From a virus (taxonomy: Duplodnaviria; Caudoviricetes): a stretch of DNA of 54,020 nt. Each line of letters begins with the position of its first letter. Within the stretch, counting starts at the first letter, position 1. Made by a program: the position numbers and the translations under genes. Below, piece after piece: positions 46,448 through 54,020 of this stretch. The notes under the pieces are model-generated. The model was not told where the DNA came from. It was given only the letters and a program-made list of their open reading frames with translations, and ran no database searches. The stretch lies in the IMG/VR virus record IMGVR_UViG_3300044691_000045, positions 1 through 54,020 of that record; one strand, 5' to 3'.

Positions 46448-47035
46448 CTACACCCGTATCGTTTTCAGGCCGAAAGCAGCGCCGGTTGTGAGTAATGGTG
46501 CGAGAATGGATTTTACACGCGGCAATAGTACAGCGTATGGCATAGAACTATTTTGCGAATACTGAGTAACAATGCCGTCCATAGATTCCATAGTCACTCT
46601 ACCGCCGTCAATTACTGTGTTTCTGCGCAACTCGATACCGTCTACAAGCTGCGCCATAACTAACTCAGCGGTCGCAGTCTTTAGCTCTGTGGGTATCAGA
46701 TTCGCGTTAGGATCAACGTATGTAAACAACGGCGTAGAAAAACGCAAGTTGTAAAACATAGAGTTAGGATCGGCAAACACGTTGTACGGCACAACCGTAC
46801 GGGGCCATTGCAATGGCTGTGTGTAGGACGTTGGGCGTCCTTTGTACTCGCCAGCAAGTGACTCCAGATAGTCAGTTGCTAAGACCATGTGCGAGATTTG
46901 CGGGTTGATGAGTTGACCACGCGAAAAGGCGTACTGCGTCACAAACGCCTGCGTTGTGTAGGCATTGGCATTTGCTACCCCTGTGCCGTCCTCAACTATA
47001 AGGACGGCACTCGGAGGAGTTGGGGTAGTTCCCAC
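46448..47035 (-). CDS. Head-tail adaptor (DnaT-like annotated family)
   Basis: LIVEDGTGVANANAY, ATDYLE, QPLQWPR. Confidence 0.8.
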   Translation of the reverse strand: MGTTPTPPSAVLIVEDGTGVANANAYTTQAFVTQYAFSRGQLINPQISHMVLATDYLESLAGEYKGRPTSYTQPLQWPRTVVPYNVFADPNSMFYNLRFSTPLFTYVDPNANLIPTELKTATAELVMAQLVDGIELRRNTVIDGGRVTMESMDGIVTQYSQNSSMPYAVLLPRVKSILAPLLTTGAAFGLKTIRV

Positions 47036-47565
47036 TACGCGCTCGCGTTAGGCGTCCAAGGCGTCTGGGCACCGTTGGCAGGAAGGCCCGACAGCGGGGC
47101 AGCAGCGCCGGTTGTAGCGCCTGCTGGTGCTGCTTTGGCACTCTTCGCGCTGGTGTTGTTTGCGGCATGCTCTGCGAGCCTGCTAACGCTTGGTTCGGAG
47201 TCAGAGGAGCGCTTGACAGTGGAATTTTCCACTGAAAAGGATTCTGCGCCTTTCTGCCCTTCGTCCAGCGCCTTCGGATCACGCTTGAGCGCTTCGCGCG
47301 CCTGTGCCGCTACACCAGCAGACAACTTGCCGGAGTTAGCAAGTTGATCGTTCAAACCACGCAAGTGTGCGCGGCGGTTGTTGTCATTGAAACCATGCTC
47401 ATCCATCGGAATAGTAACAAGCTGCCCATTCCGGATGATGGTCAATTCATCGGTTTCTGGCGCGGCATCATCAACGACAAAGTTCTCCAGATTAACGGAA
47501 TCCTCGCCTTCGATTCGTGCCTGTGCCTCAAGCTGCGCTTTCAACATCGCCATCTGACTCGCCAT
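47035..47565 (-). CDS. Hypothetical protein downstream of the major capsid gene
   Basis: GAGG RBS; low-complexity tail. Confidence 0.65.
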   Translation of the reverse strand: MASQMAMLKAQLEAQARIEGEDSVNLENFVVDDAAPETDELTIIRNGQLVTIPMDEHGFNDNNRRAHLRGLNDQLANSGKLSAGVAAQAREALKRDPKALDEGQKGAESFSVENSTVKRSSDSEPSVSRLAEHAANNTSAKSAKAAPAGATTGAAAPLSGLPANGAQTPWTPNASA

Positions 47566-47630
47566 TCCTGTACCCTCGCGTTTCTATGCAGGTTAATGCA
47601 ACTACGGCGGTTGTTACACCGCCTTGCTAG

Positions 47631-48665
47631 TTAGCCGTTGGTTACAAGGAACACAATTGGCATTTGCTTGCGTGCAACTGTGCGCGTCCAGTTCGCAGCC
47701 GCCGCAAGATCAGCGACGTTAGGAGAACCGGGATTGTTTGCACCACCGTGCAAAGTTGCGCCCATGTTCCACGAATGCCCAAACGGATGGATGAGCCAAT
47801 TGTAGCGCTCAAACCATGTATCCACACCAGCACCGTTGCCCTGCTGCGGCAAGTGGTACAACTCAGCAGCCGGAGGACCGCCAAGCTCGCTGCCGTAGCC
47901 GATAGTGCCGTCACCGGATAGCACGCTGGTGTACTTGAAATTGCCGCTGCCATCGGGACCGGAAACAGGCATCGAATCATCGGCAATAACGCGCATGCCT
48001 TGAAACGTTGCAATGTCCGGGGAACCGTCTGCGGGATGCTCGTACACAATCTGGTTATTCTGGCGCATGCGGAGCATGACGTTTGAATGTACCAGAAGCG
48101 TACGGTACAAATCGTGCTGGTCGCCCGAAGTGTACACAGCAGCAAGGAAGCTGTTGAGATTGAACATGTTTGCGTTACCGGCAACACCGGATGCCGCGCT
48201 AATGTCAATCACCATATCGCTGGCGTTGTTCAACTTGTTCGCGCCCAACATGCCATTGAACACGGCAATAACATAGCGCTGCCAGCGGCGAGTCCAGTAC
48301 GTGCCGGTACGGTCTTTGATGCGCTGCATAGGATCAGCGCCGATAACCGTAGGAATGATGTCAGCACAGGCCCACGATTGGTTAATGTACATCTTGCGTG
48401 CGAACCACTCACCTGTACCAACCTTGTTAGGTACAGCAATATCCGCTGGATTGTCAGTGGAATAGTTCGGTTCGATGGTCGCGTCCAGATCACCGAAGAA
48501 AGGAACAGTGATAAACGTACCAGACTTGGCTAGAATCGCGTCTAGCTCCGCAGTACGGACAACAACACCAGATTGAAAGATGTTGGTGAGTTCCGGGCTA
48601 TTTAGCGTTTCATAGCCTGCCCATACTGCGGGGATGAATACATCAGCAAACTGTGTCGTTGCCAT
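47631..48665 (-). CDS. Major capsid protein
   Basis: MATTQFADVFIP, QSGVV, PFFGDL, ADPM, HPFG, NWTR; follows the scaffold gene. Confidence 0.9.
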   Translation of the reverse strand: MATTQFADVFIPAVWAGYETLNSPELTNIFQSGVVVRTAELDAILAKSGTFITVPFFGDLDATIEPNYSTDNPADIAVPNKVGTGEWFARKMYINQSWACADIIPTVIGADPMQRIKDRTGTYWTRRWQRYVIAVFNGMLGANKLNNASDMVIDISAASGVAGNANMFNLNSFLAAVYTSGDQHDLYRTLLVHSNVMLRMRQNNQIVYEHPADGSPDIATFQGMRVIADDSMPVSGPDGSGNFKYTSVLSGDGTIGYGSELGGPPAAELYHLPQQGNGAGVDTWFERYNWLIHPFGHSWNMGATLHGGANNPGSPNVADLAAAANWTRTVARKQMPIVFLVTNG

Positions 48666-48688
48666 GTTGCCTCATATGGTACCAGCGC

Positions 48689-49423
48689 CTACCGTACTCG
48701 ACTGGGAGGGCTGTATCTAGGCGTAGACGATGGAGCTATCTGCGCGTATGCCGAGGGATCAGCCTGAGCCAGTGTCTTCCTTTCCTCGAAAGACATCTCA
48801 GACCACTTTTTCCCACTGGCACCGCCATGTGAGGTTTGGCCGTTGGCACCGCCACCAGCCTTGCTACCTACAAGGATAGTACGTAACTCTGGATCAGCAC
48901 GCAATGCTTTTTTTAGATCATCCTTAGTCATGCCGGAAACGTTGCCTAATTCATCCAGCACGTGTAACTCCGGTGTGCCATCTTCCCTGTAATCCACTTT
49001 CAGCCGCTTTTGTATCAGCAGCGCCATTGCTTTCGGAGATGTCGAAATCTCTGCTGCAATTGCTTGCGCCGTGTCGTCAACATGCGTTTTTTCGACATAC
49101 TTGCGCAATCCGTCAATGGTCGCCTGTAGCTTTGCCTGCTCGCGTGCGTGTGCATCCTTCCACTGCTTTTCTTTCTCCGTCAGTGTGCCAGCCTGCTTTG
49201 TTTCAGCAGCTACAGCGCGTGCTTCGGACTCTAATGCGCGTGCTTCCGCTTTCTGGCGTTCGCTCTTTTCATGATCTTTTGCACGCTTGAGCGCGGATAC
49301 GTCATCGAATCCGCCTTCCAAGTCCAGCAGGTATGAGCCGTCGTTTTCCTCTGTATACAGCGCCTTGGTTGCCGCATCAAGTAGTGCAAATTCTTCTGCC
49401 GTAAGTATTTTCTTAACGCTCAT
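48689..49423 (-). CDS. Capsid scaffolding protein
   Basis: LYTE..DGSY.LD.EG, coiled coil, GSKAGGGA. Confidence 0.8.
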   Translation of the reverse strand: MSVKKILTAEEFALLDAATKALYTEENDGSYLLDLEGGFDDVSALKRAKDHEKSERQKAEARALESEARAVAAETKQAGTLTEKEKQWKDAHAREQAKLQATIDGLRKYVEKTHVDDTAQAIAAEISTSPKAMALLIQKRLKVDYREDGTPELHVLDELGNVSGMTKDDLKKALRADPELRTILVGSKAGGGANGQTSHGGASGKKWSEMSFEERKTLAQADPSAYAQIAPSSTPRYSPPSRVR

Positions 49424-49435
49424 TTTTGTAGTCTC

Positions 49436-50500
49436 CTAGTTCGCTGTATAGCTAGCTCTCATCTTCTTTACAAATTGGTCTAGTGTCAATGGGGGAGTTA
49501 CATTATATTCAGGAAAACCAGCAGTAGCTAAGTCTATAGGCTGCTCACCGTACAACGGAAACGTACGGCTGCGGCAGTTAGGATGTGCAGGCGGCAATGG
49601 TCCTTCGCCTACAACATAGATGTTGCCATCGCGCGTTCTACACACTTCACTAGTACGGCTATCAAGTATAGATGCCCATTGATAATAAGACAGATATGCG
49701 CTGCCTATTCCCATCTGTACTATAGCGCTAGTGTGCTGCACAAGCGTATTAACTACGGCATCATTCGCAGCCGCCAAACGAGATAGTACACCACCCCTAA
49801 AACCATCAGGATCACCAGCTTGTGCGTTACGTCCAATAGCTATACCTGTGAATGCCTCTAATGTTTCTTGCGGCGTCCATGCGTTTGCGTACGCTTTTGT
49901 AATCAAGCTGGATGATGCAGTAATAGCATAGTTAACAAACCACGCAATCATCTGTTCTGGCGTTTGACCGTTTGCAGGAACCGGAGCATTACTGACTGTT
50001 GCCCACAAACTTTCATTGCCTGCATCGTCTCCGGAGATTGCGGAGATACCGTATAGTGGCGATGCGTCAACGTGTGTGGGTAACTGGTTTGCTGTTTGTG
50101 TAAGCTGTTCATGCTCTGTAGCAGTAAGATCGTTTTCTTGTTCGGGAGTGCGCCCGGTAACATGCACATAGATGTCCCTTGTTACTTCCACGTCAGTTGC
50201 AAGAAAGTCTTGCAATATCTTTATCAACTGCTGTGTGTATATGCTGTAGAACTGTATCTGCGCACGCTTGAAACGATACACAAAAGTTATCAACTCTTTC
50301 CTAGTAAAAGAGTCCATGCGCTCATACCGTACGCCGTGAATAAACGCAGCAAACTGACTATAAATTTGCGTAAGCAATTCACGATAATTCTGCGCGAAAC
50401 CTGCTTTGACACCCTCTAAGTATACTTGGTGTCTGTACAGCAGATTGAACAGATATATGTTTTGTGCCGTAAATAGTGCGTCAAACTTTTTAGTTGCCAT
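49436..50500 (-). CDS. Head morphogenesis protein (SPP1 gp7/Mu F-like)
   Basis: W.SILDSRTSEVCR.RDG...PPAHPNCRS. Confidence 0.88.
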   Translation of the reverse strand: MATKKFDALFTAQNIYLFNLLYRHQVYLEGVKAGFAQNYRELLTQIYSQFAAFIHGVRYERMDSFTRKELITFVYRFKRAQIQFYSIYTQQLIKILQDFLATDVEVTRDIYVHVTGRTPEQENDLTATEHEQLTQTANQLPTHVDASPLYGISAISGDDAGNESLWATVSNAPVPANGQTPEQMIAWFVNYAITASSSLITKAYANAWTPQETLEAFTGIAIGRNAQAGDPDGFRGGVLSRLAAANDAVVNTLVQHTSAIVQMGIGSAYLSYYQWASILDSRTSEVCRTRDGNIYVVGEGPLPPAHPNCRSRTFPLYGEQPIDLATAGFPEYNVTPPLTLDQFVKKMRASYTAN

Positions 50501-52198
50501 TTATGTTGTCTGCGTAGTTTTAGGACTTGCTCCTGCAACCGCTGCTTTCTCACCGCCCGGATGCTTGCCGATAGTAGGTTGCGGTTTACCGCCGCCTGCT
50601 GGTGGCTTACCGCTACCGTTAGGCTTACCACCGGGAGGCGCGGCACCACCTGCTGGTGGCTTCGCGCTATCTGCGAATGGATCAGCTTGCGGCAACAGCG
50701 TAATAGTCTGCGCAGCCAACTCTTTACTAATCTCTTCCTGCGCTTGTTTGTCATCCTCAAGTAGCAAGCCGCCGCTGCGCAGATTCGCGCGATACTCAGG
50801 CCAACTAATAGCGCCGCTAGTCCATTCTTTCAGTAATTGTCCTCTATCCTGTGCATTCATCTTGGACAGATCGAAGTCTTTGCTAAGTGTTATTTTGATG
50901 TCTGTTTCATCTGCGTTCACAAAGCCAGCGCACCAGTGCATAGATTTTGTAAAAGCACTAGATACATTCTTAGATATGTTAGAAAGAATTGAACTTTCTG
51001 TGTCGTGATCTACCAGCGCTTCTGTTGCTGTACGTCCACCTGTTTTTTCAGGCTCTACCAGCTTCGCACCTAGCGCCAGCATTTGTTGTTCTTTGTGCGT
51101 CATAGCTTCCATAGCCATGCTATTCGGTGATACCTCCAGCAAGCCGATAGCAGCACCGACCGGCAACGGTATGCCTCCCATAGCACCAACGCGCAAAGAA
51201 CCTTTCAAAGTTTGTTCTAGCCATTCCTGCGTTAGTCCAGTAACCCACGGTGTAGGTTGTCCAACAACAAAAACGCTTTCCTCATAGTCTGCACTATTAC
51301 GATAATGCGAGATGTTGAGCGATGCCATATCGTACAAGATTGGCACTTCTGGTCTTGGATCATTGCTGGTAGCACCGCAGAATGTAAACGGTATTTCGTC
51401 CAACGGAGCGCCTTGCGCATTCAAAGGCGTGTACTCCGGCAACGCTACAAGTTTGTTTTTCTTGGTCGCGTCTGCTGTCTGCGGCTTAACGGATGCTGCC
51501 TGAGATGTAGCAGCAAGTTTGGCTTGTTCCGAATTAGGCTCTACCCACAACTGCGCAACGTGGTTGCCGGTTTCTGGATCGATACGCAGCACACGGTACT
51601 GTAGCAATTCCTGCGCAGAGAAACCATCCTCGCCTATGCCGAAGTTTTTCTCGCGCAGCACAACTAATGAGAGTATCTGACGTGCGCCTTTCTGTACTGT
51701 GCGCCAATTGATAATATCCCACGGTTGATAAACTGTAATGGTAGGACGCACATAACCGTCCTCAAGATCAGCAACCGTTGCCACTGCACCGTCTGGATTA
51801 GGCGGATAATCGGCAAGTAATCCGCAGCGGCTATACGCAAGTGTGTAGTCTACTGCGCGTGTTAAAGACTGCTCCAAAGACAAGCCTGTGCCGTCGCAGT
51901 CATCTACCATTACGTTGCTAAGTGCTGTGGGCAGATTGATAACCGGCGCTTCTAAAAACACCTGCCCAACCATACCGGCATGTGTTCTGCGCGTTACGTT
52001 GTAGAACACTGCGCGCCTAACATATGCCTCATAGCGCAGCATATTTGCCGCGCTCTTATCTGCTGCATTAGGCATAGGCAGATAGCGCTCACGCAACAAC
52101 GAATCTTTGATGGTAACTTCGCCAGCAAGACAATCACGTATAAGATCATACTGTTTCCGTAGTTCTCTTAATTCTGCGCGCTCATACGTGACATCCAT
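50501..52198 (-). CDS. Portal protein (DUF4055-like)
   Basis: Y..Y..RAVFYN.T.RT, IINWR, HYRNSADYEE; follows terL. Confidence 0.88.
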   Translation of the reverse strand: MDVTYERAELRELRKQYDLIRDCLAGEVTIKDSLLRERYLPMPNAADKSAANMLRYEAYVRRAVFYNVTRRTHAGMVGQVFLEAPVINLPTALSNVMVDDCDGTGLSLEQSLTRAVDYTLAYSRCGLLADYPPNPDGAVATVADLEDGYVRPTITVYQPWDIINWRTVQKGARQILSLVVLREKNFGIGEDGFSAQELLQYRVLRIDPETGNHVAQLWVEPNSEQAKLAATSQAASVKPQTADATKKNKLVALPEYTPLNAQGAPLDEIPFTFCGATSNDPRPEVPILYDMASLNISHYRNSADYEESVFVVGQPTPWVTGLTQEWLEQTLKGSLRVGAMGGIPLPVGAAIGLLEVSPNSMAMEAMTHKEQQMLALGAKLVEPEKTGGRTATEALVDHDTESSILSNISKNVSSAFTKSMHWCAGFVNADETDIKITLSKDFDLSKMNAQDRGQLLKEWTSGAISWPEYRANLRSGGLLLEDDKQAQEEISKELAAQTITLLPQADPFADSAKPPAGGAAPPGGKPNGSGKPPAGGGKPQPTIGKHPGGEKAAVAGASPKTTQTT

Positions 52199-52207
52199 TG
52201 TTTATCC

Positions 52208-53737
52208 TCAGTAATAAGTAAAACTGAAATTTGCTTTGTTCGCTAAACGATTCGCGCCTTTTAGCACGCGATACCGTACTTGGTCATACGCATGATCTTC
52301 GGCGTGTGTATCCACATCGTCAATTTTCAAAGGATCACGCGGCAGTATTGGCAGTGTAGCAATAGATGCTCTACAGTGTGCCATAAAATAAATAGCTGGT
52401 CCTTCGTGCTTTACTGCGGCTTGTAAACGATCACGCAGCAGTTGCAAGCCATTACGACGCGAGCCGGGAGACTTGTCGCTTTCCTGCCAACGCACGCCCT
52501 TGTCAGCCATCTTTTTCTCTATGGTATCTACGTCAGACTCGCGCACATCGCGTATCTGATTATCTGCGGGGCCGGGGCGCGGCTGCCGTTGTATCAGCTT
52601 ATCGCGCAGTAAGCGTATCTCTTCGTTAATCACCATTTGCGCAACATCAGGCGCAGACATCCGCAAGCCTTCGTTGTTGCCAACACCTGTACTTAGATAC
52701 AGTTCTCCGCACTGAATTAGAGAACCTTTTTCCGGGCAGAATATTTTACCATCCGGCAAAGTTGCCTCTTCGCCATTTGCTTCTGCCCACCAACCTATTG
52801 CGCATGGATGCGAACTACCCCAATCTAGAGAACGGTCAACATACCAATCTATAGGAACTTGGAATGTAGGCATGATGTGTATAGCTGGCTTCCATAGATC
52901 ATCTATCGCACCACCGGATACAACATCCCAGCTACCCTCTAGCCATGACTTGCGCAAGTTCTCATTGTTCGCGCATAGTTGCATGAGTCCAGCGATGTAC
53001 GTTGCGCTGAGATACTTGTTTTCCCTGAATGAGCCAAAGATAGCTATTTGCGTGCGTTCGATGTCTACCAGCTTACCGCCTTGTTGCGGATCAGGTACGT
53101 CTTTGAACACGGTACGCACTACGGTACCAGAAGGCGCAGGATCGATAAACCGTTGCTTTACTTGCGCGTGGCCTATGCCTTCAGAGTTAGTAGTAGCAAA
53201 CGTTTTTAATGGAATAGGCGGCAACGTGTAATTGCCGCTTTTGTCCTTTGGGCTATTCTTTTCTTGCGTCCATGACGAACGATTGCAACTCATCATCAAA
53301 TCGAACGCTTTTAAGTTAGGCCACTTGGTTAACTCGTTCCACGCAATAAACGGATATTCGTGGCCGTGATAGTTAGAATAATCGCGCTCATCAAATACAG
53401 CGCGCAGCAATAATTCTTCACCTGTAGGCCACAACCATTTGTACTCATTACCCGCAAGAAACTTTACGCCATCATCGAAAGCGTAATAAACGCGCTTCAT
53501 CTTATCTAAGATGTCGTCTAGGTGCTTGTATTCACGATCTATTACGATGCCGCGCCAGAACCTACCGTAGCCTATGCCCACATGCTTACGGAATGCCATC
53601 ATCTCGGCTTCTGTCTTGCCGGGGCCGCGTGTGCCGTGATAGAGAGTTACATCAGCGCGTGAATCCAGCGCGAGCGTTTGGGAACCGGGTAGCGGTTCCC
53701 AAACAACTTTTGTAACTGGCTCAGTTAATAGAGGCAT
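52208..53737 (-). CDS. terL: Terminase large subunit
   Basis: GTRGPGKT, YHGHEYPFIAWNELT, DWGSSHP, EDHAYDQVRY. Confidence 0.92.
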   Translation of the reverse strand: MPLLTEPVTKVVWEPLPGSQTLALDSRADVTLYHGTRGPGKTEAEMMAFRKHVGIGYGRFWRGIVIDREYKHLDDILDKMKRVYYAFDDGVKFLAGNEYKWLWPTGEELLLRAVFDERDYSNYHGHEYPFIAWNELTKWPNLKAFDLMMSCNRSSWTQEKNSPKDKSGNYTLPPIPLKTFATTNSEGIGHAQVKQRFIDPAPSGTVVRTVFKDVPDPQQGGKLVDIERTQIAIFGSFRENKYLSATYIAGLMQLCANNENLRKSWLEGSWDVVSGGAIDDLWKPAIHIMPTFQVPIDWYVDRSLDWGSSHPCAIGWWAEANGEEATLPDGKIFCPEKGSLIQCGELYLSTGVGNNEGLRMSAPDVAQMVINEEIRLLRDKLIQRQPRPGPADNQIRDVRESDVDTIEKKMADKGVRWQESDKSPGSRRNGLQLLRDRLQAAVKHEGPAIYFMAHCRASIATLPILPRDPLKIDDVDTHAEDHAYDQVRYRVLKGANRLANKANFSFTYY

Positions 53738-54020
53738 GGGCAGTCAACGCGGCTTGCTGTTTTGCTGCGGCTATTTCCCACTGCTCATCCGATGTATGCA
53801 CAGGAATGACCATAACCTTATTGTCAAGTGCAACGTTGACGGTTGGCGCATCCTTGGCTATCTCGCCCATGATTTGCGCATACAACTTGTGAGCATCCAG
53901 CGCTGTTTTGTAGTCCTTTTTCTGCTCCATCTCTTCTGCAAAGGTTAGTACAGACCGCGCGTGCTGTTCCTTTGTGGGCAGAAAGGTACGCTCGCCCTCT
54001 GCGGCGCGTATCTCATCCAT
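53721..54020 (-). CDS. terS: Terminase small subunit, 3' part
   Basis: Continues from 295..1; KLYAQIMG...NKVMVIP...WE.AA.QQ; overlaps the terL start. Confidence 0.7.
   Translation of the reverse strand: MDEIRAAEGERTFLPTKEQHARSVLTFAEEMEQKKDYKTALDAHKLYAQIMGEIAKDAPTVNVALDNKVMVIPVHTSDEQWEIAAAKQQAALTAHASIN

Overview
The window is a complete, circularly assembled siphovirus-type phage genome of 53,893 bp; bases 1-127 repeat exactly at 53894-54020, an assembly overlap that splits terS. A long minus-strand arm starts near 19.0 kb and runs through small regulators, RusA, a ~12 kb block of fibre/tailspike/glycosidase genes and membrane proteins. It continues across the junction into terS, terL, portal, head and tail genes, ending at 35.9 kb. 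A plus-strand early cassette (19.7-23.9 kb) includes a DUF932 gene. A primase-helicase is divergent from a replication operon (AAA ATPase, DUF669 SSB-like, Cas4-like nuclease, SF2 helicase, beta-clamp-like, family A DNA polymerase). I saw no integrase, CI-like repressor, tRNA or recognisable endolysin. An Acidobacteriota-like host is an inference only. Most unusual: (1) six fibre/tailspike/glycosidase-like proteins carry apparent Sec signal peptides; (2) early and middle genes share a CCGGAGGCC ribosome-binding motif, often at the foot of long hairpins, and a structured 3'UTR at 14.05-14.28 kb displays its exact complement in a loop; (3) the octamer TRCCCACA occurs about 49 times by hand count; (4) there are two perfect parS-like palindromes but no par genes; (5) a membrane protein resembles the ethylene-receptor sensor domain. 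All family assignments are motif recognition by eye, not database searches.
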